Notes under the pieces: model-generated
Told to the model about the DNA's origin: nothing
What the model saw: only the letters and a program-made list of their open reading frames with translations
Database searches by the model: none
Program-made: the position numbers and the translations under genes
Assembly (NCBI GenBank): GCA_963715865.1
Contig: OY970280.1
Location: forward strand, 256,001-320,000
DNA length: 64,000 nucleotides
Source: Candidatus Bathyarchaeota archaeon
Lineage (GTDB): Archaea > Thermoproteota > Bathyarchaeia > Bathyarchaeales > Bathycorpusculaceae
Direction: 5' to 3'
In this document: positions 41,083 through 51,140 of the stretch, piece by piece
Layout: the number at the start of each line of letters is the position of its first letter
How positions within the stretch are numbered: the stretch's first letter is position 1

Positions 41083-42365
41083 AGGGAAGCTATTCAATGA
41101 ATTATAATGAGGACGAATATAATCAGAAATTGCTTGATTCGATTAACTACGCATATGGGAATGTGCCTTTCTACCAGGATCAACTGAAAGACAAAAAAAT
41201 TAACTCAGTTAATGATCTAAAGAGTTTGCCCATTTGTAGCAAGACATGTTTTGAAAACAAACCATTATCTTACATCACAGCTGTAAAACCCGAAGAACTC
41301 GGCATAAGTTTCTCCACAACAGGAACCACAAAAACCTCCTACACCGTTCACCTAACACGTAATGACTTCATGCAATGGTTGGTGGCTAAGACCCGAGATG
41401 CGCTGGTAAAATTTATTGGTTTAACTGACTCAGACATAATCGCGAACACTTTCGGGTTTGGGCTTGTGCAACCTGGGTGCGAATATACTTTCGGTGCAAT
41501 TGAAGCGGGAGCTCACGTTTACCCTGTTGGAACCGGAACGTTAACGTCCAGCAAAGAAACCATTCGGATAATAGGTCAAAGAGAAGTAACAACAGTTTTT
41601 GCCACGCCCTATTATGCGATGAGGTTGACTGATGTTGCCTTGGAAATGGGTATAAACCCTGCTGATTTATGCGTGAAACGTTTTGTGGTTACTGGAGAAA
41701 CCTTAACTTGCGCCGCCAGAAAGCGAATTGAAGAATCATGGTGTGCGGAAGTCTTTAACGTTTTCGGCATGGCTGAAGTCGGTGTTGTAGGCGCCGAATG
41801 TAAAGCTCACAAAGGCATGCACATACTCTCTGACTATCTCTATCCAGAACTGACAAACCTGCAGGCTTTAACCCCTGATGAATCCATTCAAATGGGTGAA
41901 CTGGTTTTGACAACGATAGGGAAGTTAGGTATGCCGTTTGTGCGATATAACACCTGCGATTTGGTAGCTTTAACAAATGACAAATGCTCATGCGGTTTCT
42001 CAAATGCATCTTCTATAACAGCCCATTATGGGAGAAGCGACGGAATGATAAAGATCAAAGGAAAAGGAGTATACCCTTCACGAATAGAGGAGGCACTGTT
42101 AAGCATTCCTGAACTTTCTTCAGAGTATAAGATTGTCATAGAGCACGGAACATACTTTGACTCCATCACAATTCTCGCCGAAACTCAGAAAGGTGTCAAA
42201 GTGGATGAAATGTTCATAGAAACACTGACAAGAAAAATAAAAGATGAAGTCGGCCTCAATCTGTCCCTCAAAATTTGCGATTATGGAAAACTGCCGCGTT
42301 CAGAGGGTTGGAAAGCGAAAAGGATAGTGACCAGTTGTTCGGAAGAGTACTCACCATCGACCTAA
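41079..42365 (+). CDS. Phenylacetate-CoA ligase family (PaaK/CapK-like) adenylating enzyme
   Basis: STTGTT, VTGE, FGMAE, ELVLTT, RYNTCD, GRSDGMIKIKG..VYPS.IE. Confidence 0.85.
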   Translation: MKGSYSMNYNEDEYNQKLLDSINYAYGNVPFYQDQLKDKKINSVNDLKSLPICSKTCFENKPLSYITAVKPEELGISFSTTGTTKTSYTVHLTRNDFMQWLVAKTRDALVKFIGLTDSDIIANTFGFGLVQPGCEYTFGAIEAGAHVYPVGTGTLTSSKETIRIIGQREVTTVFATPYYAMRLTDVALEMGINPADLCVKRFVVTGETLTCAARKRIEESWCAEVFNVFGMAEVGVVGAECKAHKGMHILSDYLYPELTNLQALTPDESIQMGELVLTTIGKLGMPFVRYNTCDLVALTNDKCSCGFSNASSITAHYGRSDGMIKIKGKGVYPSRIEEALLSIPELSSEYKIVIEHGTYFDSITILAETQKGVKVDEMFIETLTRKIKDEVGLNLSLKICDYGKLPRSEGWKAKRIVTSCSEEYSPST

Positions 42366-44185
42366 CAAAAAATAAAATTTGTCGGCAACAGATCAGAACT
42401 GATATTCAAGGAAGATTTTTAGGTGGCAGAGGTCTAAACTCTTTTCTTCTGTATCGTTTCTTACAGCCAGAAACAGAACCTTTAGGCCCAGACAACCTGC
42501 TAATTATCAGCACTGGACCCTTCACGGGGACTCAAGCTCCAGCAAGTAGCCGTTTTACAGTCAGCGCCAAATCTCCAGAAACTGGAATTTTGGGAGACAG
42601 CAATTGCGGCGGCTTTTGGGGTCCCATGTTGCGTCGCGCGGGGTTTGACACACTGATAATTAAGGGAAAAAGCATTCGTCCAGTTTACATCTTGATCGAG
42701 GAATCCAGAGTTGAAATATTAGATGGAAGCGAAATCTGGGGAAAGGATACAATCGAAACCCAAAAGGTTCTAAAGAAAAATCACTCAGGCTCAGAAGCTA
42801 TCTGCATCGGTCAGGCAGGAGAGAATCTGGTACGTTTCGCCTGCATACGAACAGGCTTAAAAAGCGCAGCAGGCCGAACCGGAATGGGTGCCGTCATGGG
42901 ATCCAAAAACCTCAAGGCAATCGTCACCAGAGGATACAGAGAAGTCGAAGTGGCTTGCCCAGAAAAACTTGAGAAAGAACGAATTGATCTGACCAAGAAA
43001 ATACTGGAAAGAAAAGTTATCCACGCCTTGGCAAAGTATGGAACACCATACTTGGTAAGCATTCTTGATGCCGCTCAAAAGCTGGGAACGAAAAATTTTC
43101 AGTTAAGCCATTTTGACCAGATTGACCAAATTAGCGGTGAAGAATTTGAGGCTACCTACTCTTTGAGAACTGTAGGGTGTTTCGGCTGTCCAGTACGTTG
43201 CCGACATGTGTACGAACTGGACGGGGAAACTGCAGAGGGCCCCGAATTCGCGACAATTGGTTGCCTCGGCGCCAAATGTGGAATATCAGACTTACGGACC
43301 ATACTGAAAGCTAACTCTCTCTGCAACAAATATGGACTTGACACCATAACAACAGGAAGCCTGATTGCTTGGCTTATAGAATGCGTAGAAAAGAAAATGC
43401 TGGCTGGCGCTAAAGTTGATCCAAACCTTAGATGGGGAAACTCAGATGCCGTTTTGGGGCTGATTAAAAAAATCGCCTTCAGAGAAGGCATAGGAAACAT
43501 ATTGGCTGAAGGCGGACTTAGAGCAGCTCGGAAGTTGAATCCAAAAAGCGAAAAATACTTAGTCCACGTGAAGGGACTGCCCATAGAAGCGGTTGATGTT
43601 CGGTGGAACATGGGTTTTGCACTTGGTTTAGCTGTAGCTTCCAGGGGCGGAGACCATCTTAGAAATAGACCAACGCTTGAAAACTTGGATTTGCCAATGA
43701 CATTACTGGAAAAAATTTTCGGTGGCATAGTCTCATCGAATCCTTTGAGCTGCAAGGGAAAACCATTAATGGTGAAATGGGCTGAGGAGCTTTACGCAGT
43801 GACGGATTCATTGGGGATTTGCAGATTTGTCAGCTTATGGAATAGCCCCAACCTCCTTGGCTTTGAAGAGTTGGCAACATTGTACAGCCTCGTTACGGGC
43901 TGCCCATGTTCAGGCTTCGACTTGGCAAATGTGGGCGAAAATATAATCAACGTAGAAAGGATGTTCAACCTAAGAGAAGGCATAACGAAAAGGGATGATC
44001 AGTTGCCTTTGAGGTTTTTTGAGCCACCAATTGAAGGCAGAAAATGCAGCCTTACAGAAGCGAAAATGTCGTCCATGTTGGATGAGTACTATAAACTGAG
44101 AGGATGGACAAAGAAAGGCATTCCAAAAAAAGCTACAATTGCTAAACTTCAGGCAGATTTTGACCATATGCCAGTTTTTGTATAA
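42335..44185 (+). CDS. aor: Aldehyde:ferredoxin oxidoreductase family (tungstopterin) enzyme
   Basis: FGRVLTIDL, FLGGRG, SPETG, AGRTGMGAVMGSKNLKAI, CFGCPVRC, EGPE, GLDTI, DSLGIC; TTG 42335 preferred over 42275. Confidence 0.92.
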   Translation: MFGRVLTIDLTKNKICRQQIRTDIQGRFLGGRGLNSFLLYRFLQPETEPLGPDNLLIISTGPFTGTQAPASSRFTVSAKSPETGILGDSNCGGFWGPMLRRAGFDTLIIKGKSIRPVYILIEESRVEILDGSEIWGKDTIETQKVLKKNHSGSEAICIGQAGENLVRFACIRTGLKSAAGRTGMGAVMGSKNLKAIVTRGYREVEVACPEKLEKERIDLTKKILERKVIHALAKYGTPYLVSILDAAQKLGTKNFQLSHFDQIDQISGEEFEATYSLRTVGCFGCPVRCRHVYELDGETAEGPEFATIGCLGAKCGISDLRTILKANSLCNKYGLDTITTGSLIAWLIECVEKKMLAGAKVDPNLRWGNSDAVLGLIKKIAFREGIGNILAEGGLRAARKLNPKSEKYLVHVKGLPIEAVDVRWNMGFALGLAVASRGGDHLRNRPTLENLDLPMTLLEKIFGGIVSSNPLSCKGKPLMVKWAEELYAVTDSLGICRFVSLWNSPNLLGFEELATLYSLVTGCPCSGFDLANVGENIINVERMFNLREGITKRDDQLPLRFFEPPIEGRKCSLTEAKMSSMLDEYYKLRGWTKKGIPKKATIAKLQADFDHMPVFV

Positions 44186-44207
44186 AATAAAGCTCCCTAA
44201 GATTTTT

Positions 44208-45011
44208 TTAGAAATAATCACCAAGAGGCAGATACCAGTTTACACGGTTAGAAAGTTGTCGCAGTATTTTGATAATCCTGAGGGTTTTCGTGACAGGTTT
44301 GATCTTAATTTTTCCGAGAAAAAGAGCTGTTAGAGGATCCTGAAGAGCAAGTATGATTTCGCTGAAAGTGACTATGTCTGTCTGTATGCGTGCGTAAGGG
44401 TTTTCGCCGCTTTCGCCTTCCTCAACAGAAACAGTTCCATCAGGATTGATTCGGGCTGTAAACACGCCTGAATACGAGAGAAGCCTCTTATTGCCCAAAT
44501 TCACCAAGATATTTTTAGAGACTTTTGCATGTTTCGCTAATACTGGCTTATTATTCGACTCCAGAGTTTTCTTTATGAAGTCTATTGATGTGACTCCAAT
44601 AGAAAAGACGCTTCTGCCTATATTGAAGAAGCCATATTGGTATAGGGCTTGGTTAATTTTGTCGTCACTGCTTTCCCACGAGACCAATGCAGTAGCGTTC
44701 ATTTGCTTTGCGAAAAACTGTGCTTGATTGAGCAAGGCATTTGCCGTTTCCTGCTTTCTTTCCCAGACGCAGAGTTCCGATATTGTTGCGATGCGTGCTG
44801 TCGAGTAAAGGTGCAAGTTAACAATAAGATAGCCTAAGGTTCGGGTATCCTCTTTTGCCAAAAGCAAATGTGATTCTTGATTGTTGTATATTTCTGACCA
44901 TAAAAGGGGAGACCGAAGAGAGAAGCCGCTAAGCTCGCTTGTTGTCTCGTTGAATTTCTGAGAAAGCTGATATACCTCTGGGCTCTTCAGTGAGCATTCA
45001 ACTATGCTTAT
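44208..45011 (-). CDS. GNAT acetyltransferase with C-terminal SCP2-like domain; probable ATA start
   Basis: Frame open from ATA 45011, which overlaps the upstream TAA; first canonical start is TTG 44867; ISELCV, YQYGF; C-terminal IQTD..TF..I......LF.GKIKI. Confidence 0.6.
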   Translation of the reverse strand: MSIVECSLKSPEVYQLSQKFNETTSELSGFSLRSPLLWSEIYNNQESHLLLAKEDTRTLGYLIVNLHLYSTARIATISELCVWERKQETANALLNQAQFFAKQMNATALVSWESSDDKINQALYQYGFFNIGRSVFSIGVTSIDFIKKTLESNNKPVLAKHAKVSKNILVNLGNKRLLSYSGVFTARINPDGTVSVEEGESGENPYARIQTDIVTFSEIILALQDPLTALFLGKIKIKPVTKTLRIIKILRQLSNRVNWYLPLGDYF

Positions 45012-45778
45012 CGTCGTCTTATCACACCCTCAACCATCAGTGTTACCAGCTTTGGTACACTTGAACCAGATATTTTCAGACTTATTCTTCTGAGAACAAA
45101 AGCCGCTAAAAGGCGTCGTTCATCCGACAAAACATCTGACAAAATTCTAAGGCGCGTCTTTACTGTTATATCGGGTTCGGACAAAATCTTGCATAGTTTT
45201 ATTTCGCCAGATATACAAAGGTCAATTGTAATTTTATCGTCAAGTAATAGCCTCAGAGTCACTGGCTTAGTTTTTTTTATGGGAATTCTTCTTCCAATTA
45301 ATCTATTTGCAGCTGGCAGTATTGAGGAAACTAGTCCTTCAAAATCTAAGATCTTTATTAAAACACGTGGTCGGTATACGGCTATCTCCCCGCACTTTCT
45401 TCGATAAAAATCTGTATATATGCTTTCACTGTTGAATCCATATATTATTGAGCCACTTCTTCGTTTTACTTCTCGATAGAGAAGGCTCATACCTTTGGAG
45501 AAAACTCCTTTTCCAGAATACGTCGGAAGAGTGGCTCCGTCGCCTCCCACGTATGCTTGAAGAAAATTATTGTTAAATTTCAAATCCCTACGCAGATAAT
45601 GCACGCAACCGATGATTTTTCCTTCGTCTTCGCACACGAAAATTAACCTCGGGTCAAAATTTGGGTTTTGCTTGTACTTTTTGCACCACTCTTCGACTGT
45701 GCCCCAATTGTTGTATACTTGATTGAGAAGCTCAACTATCTGGTGCTCGTCGCCGTCCTTATAATTTCTAAATTTCAA
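45008..45778 (-). CDS. GNAT acetyltransferase with C-terminal SCP2-like domain
   Basis: FRNYKDGD, EDEGKIIG, TLPTYSGKGVFS (acyl-CoA loop), YGFN; PDITVKT. Confidence 0.8.
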   Translation of the reverse strand: MKFRNYKDGDEHQIVELLNQVYNNWGTVEEWCKKYKQNPNFDPRLIFVCEDEGKIIGCVHYLRRDLKFNNNFLQAYVGGDGATLPTYSGKGVFSKGMSLLYREVKRRSGSIIYGFNSESIYTDFYRRKCGEIAVYRPRVLIKILDFEGLVSSILPAANRLIGRRIPIKKTKPVTLRLLLDDKITIDLCISGEIKLCKILSEPDITVKTRLRILSDVLSDERRLLAAFVLRRISLKISGSSVPKLVTLMVEGVIRRR

Positions 45779-45884
45779 TATGGCCTGTACCTTCCGTAGT
45801 GAAAGCCTTTGGGTCGTGGATGCCCGTGTATTTATGGCACTAGCTTATAAACTTAAATTAACCATTTTGGTCTAAGGTAAACGA

Positions 45885-46922
45885 ATGTTGATGCGGAAAG
45901 CTACGAAGAAAATTTGGATAATCGGCGCCGTAGCTTTTGGAACGGCTGCACTTTTATTTCTTCTCTTTTCCGCTGGACTGAACAGCGTTTGGACCGTTTT
46001 AATCCAAGCCAAAACTGAATACATCCTTTTGGCTTTAGCTATGACTTTATTAGGCTTGGTCGTCAGAGGCGTTCGGCGAGTTGTCTTCTTACGCAAGGTT
46101 GAATGCCAAATTAGCACACGCAGAATGTTCTTGATTCTGCTGAGCGGTTGCTTCTTTGAAAATGTTAGTCCGGCAAGACTTGGCGAGTTTTTTGTGCCCG
46201 CAGCACTCAGCGTGAAAGACAAGGCTCTTGGATCCTCTACTTTGTCATCGGTTATTGTTGAGCGAACACTTGATCTTGGCACCGCCTCGGCAATTGCGAT
46301 CTTGGGTATTCTTTCACTCAACTTGGATATGAGACTTAAATCAATTTTGATGGTAGGAATTGCTGTTACTTTAGTTTTAATGGTAATGATTCTACGATTG
46401 ACAAGCATTGTTGGAACAGTAGTGCATCAAATGACAAACCGGTTCAAGTTTTTTAGAAAAGTAGTAGCCAAAGACGCTGAAACTGGATTTCAGAATTTCA
46501 TGCAAAACTCCAAGACCAGCGTAGGTTTTCTGATTAAGAGCAAAAAAACCGCTATATTGGGTCTTGGTCTCACCCTTTTGCTTTGGTCTTTGAATGGTCT
46601 CAGATTATTTTTTGTAGTTGAGTCTGTGGGTTTAGAGGTTTCTTTGCTTCAAGCCACCGTAGTTGTTGTTTTTACAATCCTTTTAGCTATTGCTTCAATG
46701 GTGCCATTCGGATATGGAACGGCTGAACTCGCAATGGTGTTCATATTGACGTCTCTCGGAACCGAATTTATTCAATCAAAAGCGCTTGGAATTGCATTAA
46801 TCGACAGGTTTTTAGCTGTATGGCTTATTGTTCTAATCGGCGCCATAGCTAGTCTTAGATTAGGCAAGTTAGGCTATCAAAAATCAACCACTGGAAATGA
46901 AGCGAGAATTGAAAATGCATGA
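45885..46922 (+). CDS. Lysylphosphatidylglycerol-synthase-TM / flippase-like membrane protein
   Basis: NVSPARLGE, ERTLD, PFGYGTAE, DRF; about 8 TM. Confidence 0.85.
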   Translation: MLMRKATKKIWIIGAVAFGTAALLFLLFSAGLNSVWTVLIQAKTEYILLALAMTLLGLVVRGVRRVVFLRKVECQISTRRMFLILLSGCFFENVSPARLGEFFVPAALSVKDKALGSSTLSSVIVERTLDLGTASAIAILGILSLNLDMRLKSILMVGIAVTLVLMVMILRLTSIVGTVVHQMTNRFKFFRKVVAKDAETGFQNFMQNSKTSVGFLIKSKKTAILGLGLTLLLWSLNGLRLFFVVESVGLEVSLLQATVVVVFTILLAIASMVPFGYGTAELAMVFILTSLGTEFIQSKALGIALIDRFLAVWLIVLIGAIASLRLGKLGYQKSTTGNEARIENA

Positions 46923-47797
46923 CTGCTAGTAAATTTATGAACTGCGCGTCAAATCCGCCTGCTAACATACTTACGGTGGATGTTGAAGACTGGTATCATG
47001 GCATATCTAGATATGTTGAAGTGTCCTCACCTAAGTCAAGATTGCAGTATTCTCTTCCAATAATATTAGATCTCTTAAGGAAATACAGGGCGAAAGCTAC
47101 TTTTTTTGTGTTAGGCGAAGTGGCTCAAAATTTTCCTGAACTTGTAGAACAAATCGTCGCTGAGGGTCATGAAGTCGGGTGCCACAGCTTCTCACACAGG
47201 CATCTAGAAGAGATCGGGGCGGTCACTTTTGATGAAGAAGTTCGGAAAGCCACAAGACTACTGGAGAAAATTTGCGGATCGCCGATACTTAGTTTTAGAG
47301 CTCCAATTTTTAGCATAACAAAGTCTACTTTTTGGGGACTCAAAATAATTAAGAAACATGGTTACATTTTTGATAGCTCTATTTTTCCGACTTATCATCC
47401 ATTTTATGGTATTCCAAACGAGCCGTGCCAGCCACACTGTATTTTTTTTTCCAACAAGAAGAATAATGACTTAGAAGACGAAATTATCGAGTTTCCAATT
47501 TTAACGCGGAGATTTTTGAATACTAATATTCCTGTTGGTGGAGGAGCATACCTCAGGTTTCTTGGGCAGCTTTTTTTGGTGAATTCCGTAATTTACATGA
47601 ACACAAAAGGCTGGCCTGCCACGATATACATTCACCCATGGGAGTTGGATTCCTTTGTTCCCAACGTGAAATTCAATCCTGCAATAAGGTTCATCACTTT
47701 TCATAACGTTGGTAAAACTAAAAGGTATTTGGAAACGTTACTAAGGACTTTTAAATTTGTTTCAATTCGAGACTTTTGCAGGGGAGATATAACATGA
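46919..47797 (+). CDS. Polysaccharide deacetylase (CE4-like, DUF3473 type)
   Basis: TVDVEDWYH, ATFFVLG, GHEVGCHS..H, FRAP, DSSIFP, GGGAYLR, YIHPWE. Confidence 0.9.
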   Translation: MTASKFMNCASNPPANILTVDVEDWYHGISRYVEVSSPKSRLQYSLPIILDLLRKYRAKATFFVLGEVAQNFPELVEQIVAEGHEVGCHSFSHRHLEEIGAVTFDEEVRKATRLLEKICGSPILSFRAPIFSITKSTFWGLKIIKKHGYIFDSSIFPTYHPFYGIPNEPCQPHCIFFSNKKNNDLEDEIIEFPILTRRFLNTNIPVGGGAYLRFLGQLFLVNSVIYMNTKGWPATIYIHPWELDSFVPNVKFNPAIRFITFHNVGKTKRYLETLLRTFKFVSIRDFCRGDIT

Positions 47798-48480
47798 CTA
47801 TTGTTGCTGTTATTCCAGCGTATAACGAAGGAAAAACCATCAAAAAAGTGCTTGAAGCAACAATGCCTAATGTTGACAAGATAGTTGTGATTGATGATGG
47901 AAGCATAGACGATACTTACGATAAAGCAGTGGAAATTGCGACACACGTCATAAGTAATGGAACAAACAAAGGTTACGGCATCGCTTTTAAAAAAGGGGTC
48001 GAAAAAGCGATGCAGATTGGCGCCGACTGGATAGTTGCTTTAGATGCAGATGGCGAGCATAACCCCCAAGAAATTCCGAAACTTCTGAATGCTGCAAAGC
48101 AAAAGAATGCTGATGTGGTGCTCGGGTCGCGTTTCCTAAGAAATGGTGAGGCGGTCAAAATGCCCTTTATAAAACGTGCCAGCAATGCAATAAGCACGCT
48201 TATGTTCATTCTTCTCTATAGAGTGAAATTAACTGATTCACAATCGGGTTTTAGAGTTTACAAAAGAAGAGTGTTTGAACTCATCAATTGCTCTCAAAAC
48301 GGCATGTTGCTTAACACAGAGATACTCATAGCTTCGGCTAAGCGGGGATTAAAGCTTGTAGAAGTTCCAATTATCTCCATTTCGAGCGGAAGAAAATTTG
48401 GGAACCACCAATTTGAGGAAATTGCCTTATATCCTCTTCTTTTGGTTAGAGGCTATAGAAAAAAGTTTTCGTTGAAGTAA
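47794..48480 (+). CDS. GT2 glycosyltransferase, polyprenol-phosphate sugar synthase-like
   Basis: IPAYNE, VIDDGS.D, N.GYG, LDADGEH, GSRF, DSQSGFR; ATGA overlap with the deacetylase. Confidence 0.9.
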   Translation: MTIVAVIPAYNEGKTIKKVLEATMPNVDKIVVIDDGSIDDTYDKAVEIATHVISNGTNKGYGIAFKKGVEKAMQIGADWIVALDADGEHNPQEIPKLLNAAKQKNADVVLGSRFLRNGEAVKMPFIKRASNAISTLMFILLYRVKLTDSQSGFRVYKRRVFELINCSQNGMLLNTEILIASAKRGLKLVEVPIISISSGRKFGNHQFEEIALYPLLLVRGYRKKFSLK

Positions 48481-48631
48481 ATTTGATGAGAGTATAAAGG
48501 GTTAAATTGTAATAATTGCAGTCTGTCTTGAGGGTTATTCGATTTTGCTCAAAGCTTTAATTATTTAATTGGAAAAATGCTTTAAGTAATAATGAAGCAC
48601 TAAGACAAGCAAAAAGCTTGAGGACACGAAC

Positions 48632-50821
48632 TTGGCACGACCATCATATTCCTTTAGCCTGACACTCCTTGTCCTCTTACTATGTTCATTAGGGATTGTT
48701 TTTCCATCTCAGATAAATGACTACTTGCCTTCAAGAATTGTTGTCCTGTCAGCTGGGATAGTTCTTCTCTTTTTCCTAACAGGGTATTCAACTATTAAAT
48801 TGATCAAGAAATACTTGCCATCACAAAACAATCTTTTGGAGCAATTGTGCTTATCAATAGGTCTTAGCCTAGTCATAGTTATTATCGCTACATCCATCTT
48901 AAGCACGTACTTAGTTGTTTCCAGCTTTTCAGTTCTTTTAACCTTAGGCGGTCTTTCGCTGGCCTTTTCGATACTCAGCGAGGGACAGCGGTTCCGCCTT
49001 GGTGACCGCAATTCATTTCCACAAAAAGAGGAAATAGCCTCAACCAAGCGCACTAAGTTTTCTGAGCCTGCTTCGGTCGCATTAATTGCTTTATGGGTCG
49101 GTATAGTCTGTTTTGTCTTTTTCATCCACCCATTTCTGTCAGGCCAGTCCAACGGCTTAGCTTACTCCTTTGCCACAAACAATAATTTGGCAGATTTGGT
49201 TCTGTTGGTTTTAGTTACTTCTCTTCTGATTTATCGGTTCCGGAACGAAAAGAAACTGGCCGGTTTTGTAACAGTGCTAGTTTTGACCATAGCCTTATTG
49301 CTGTCTCTCAAGGCAAGAAGCTATCCTGCCCTTGTCTCCTTCGGGCTAGGAGACAGAGTTGGAATTGACAGCTGGGATTCGCTGGGGCACCTGATTGCTT
49401 TTCTTGGCAGCGGCAGATACTCACTTACTGAGCCGTTTCTTTGGTTGGTTAGAAATGGACAGATTATGGCGTCTCCCAACCCGTTTCCACCGGGCTACTT
49501 TAGCTTAATGGGTGCAACGGCTATGTTGTTGCAGGTGGATCCGCTTACGCTGACAAGAAGCGTCTTTCTTTTCGGCGTTCTGCAAACACTCTTCATTTAC
49601 TTGCTTACCAAAAAACTCACGGGAGACACAGTCAAGAGTCTCATGGCTGCGCTGCTTATAGCGTGTGGCACAGCAACAAGTGAAAACATAAAATTTACAA
49701 GCGGTGCCTTATCGCCAATAGCAGGAATTGGACTCGCGCTTGTACCTTTGGGTTTATATCTTTTAACTTTAGCTAAAACCAAGCTTACACGTCTTCTAGT
49801 AGTTCTTGTGGCATTAGGCTTACTTTATGTTCACCTCGCATCTGCTATCGTCTACATTCTCATGGTGATCGTATTTTATTTCAAACCAGAGGGTAAACCT
49901 GTACCCATCAAGAACTATGTAAAGACGCTTTGGGACAAAATCGCCAAAAACAGGACATATGTTATATCTGCATGCATGGTTGTTCTTGCTATCTCAGCCC
50001 CTATCGCTACCTTCTGGTATCAAACTTACTCTAACCCCAACGCGCAATACAGCGTTCATTATTCAGAGCGGTTTACCTTCTCGCTGCCATCTGCCCAAGA
50101 AATCGCTTATGTTCCATCCTTTACGGAAAACGCCTTGTTTTTCATATTGTTAGTCTACGGCATTGCTTCCTACTTTTTTGCTTCGCGCTACCGAAAAGAG
50201 GGAAAGTTTCTCCTCTACTGGAACTTAGCTCTAATTGTCTTGTACCTCCTTCTATTCTACACGAACCCAAAAATCGCCTACAGAATCTTAGCGTACCTAT
50301 ACCAGTCTGCATCCGTGATTGCTGCATGCGCGTTTGTTCACGACGTGCTAGAAAGGCGTTCTTCAAACTCGTTTAAGTCATTAAAGAAAAGATTAGCGGC
50401 GCTGTTGCTGCTTTCAACTCTGCTTTTTGCCGCCTTTTACCCAGTTTTCGAGGAGCCTTCAACGCCAGACGGGATATTTTTACAGCAGTCAACGCAGCAA
50501 AAACCATATTTCGATTTAGCCAACTGGATAAACGCTAACTTGACGACTGATAGTGCTGTTATAGTAAATAATTGTTCATCTTTTTCCGACCCCGTTAACA
50601 TCCTAAGAGATATGGGTATAACGATGATTGTTGGAACAAACATAACAGCACAAGATTACGAAAACATAAACGGAAACTTCACGAGCTCTTATGTTCTTGA
50701 TGCGCCAAACTATTCACCTGGAATTAATTGTACACAAACGGATACCATTTACTCAAGCCAAATTAGCAATTCAAGCAGTTTCATCAAACTATACAAACTG
50801 ACTTCAGTACTGAACAGTTAA
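48632..50821 (+). CDS. Large polytopic membrane protein, GT-C-like
   Basis: More than 12 TM; loop motifs DSWDSLGH and FPPGYF; C-terminal soluble domain. Confidence 0.55.
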   Translation: MARPSYSFSLTLLVLLLCSLGIVFPSQINDYLPSRIVVLSAGIVLLFFLTGYSTIKLIKKYLPSQNNLLEQLCLSIGLSLVIVIIATSILSTYLVVSSFSVLLTLGGLSLAFSILSEGQRFRLGDRNSFPQKEEIASTKRTKFSEPASVALIALWVGIVCFVFFIHPFLSGQSNGLAYSFATNNNLADLVLLVLVTSLLIYRFRNEKKLAGFVTVLVLTIALLLSLKARSYPALVSFGLGDRVGIDSWDSLGHLIAFLGSGRYSLTEPFLWLVRNGQIMASPNPFPPGYFSLMGATAMLLQVDPLTLTRSVFLFGVLQTLFIYLLTKKLTGDTVKSLMAALLIACGTATSENIKFTSGALSPIAGIGLALVPLGLYLLTLAKTKLTRLLVVLVALGLLYVHLASAIVYILMVIVFYFKPEGKPVPIKNYVKTLWDKIAKNRTYVISACMVVLAISAPIATFWYQTYSNPNAQYSVHYSERFTFSLPSAQEIAYVPSFTENALFFILLVYGIASYFFASRYRKEGKFLLYWNLALIVLYLLLFYTNPKIAYRILAYLYQSASVIAACAFVHDVLERRSSNSFKSLKKRLAALLLLSTLLFAAFYPVFEEPSTPDGIFLQQSTQQKPYFDLANWINANLTTDSAVIVNNCSSFSDPVNILRDMGITMIVGTNITAQDYENINGNFTSSYVLDAPNYSPGINCTQTDTIYSSQISNSSSFIKLYKLTSVLNS

Positions 50822-51140
50822 GCTTGGATGATTTAAAATTAGTTTGAAATTTTTGGCTTAGAGGTTCGAGGACCCAGTGTGAAGAATAATACCAGTTCCC
50901 AAAGTCTCTTCAATAGGCTTCAACAGACCTCTATCTTAACCCAATCTGCTTAACTATATCCCTGTGGCTGGTGATCTGCCATCGCTTAGGGCCGCTATTA
51001 CTTTTCTTTGCGAGGACCAAGTGTCATTTGTAGTATCCAACTCAATCATTATCGTTAGCTATATAAAAATGGTTTCAATCGCGCGCAACAAACCACCAAC
51101 TATGGCAAAAAAAAGCAAGAAAAGCAGCTTCTTTGCCAAA

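Noticed and set aside
50964-51140. N-terminal part of the 188-aa ORF
   Set aside because: No kinase features before GVPKNVKV; chance open frame ahead of the HATPase fragment
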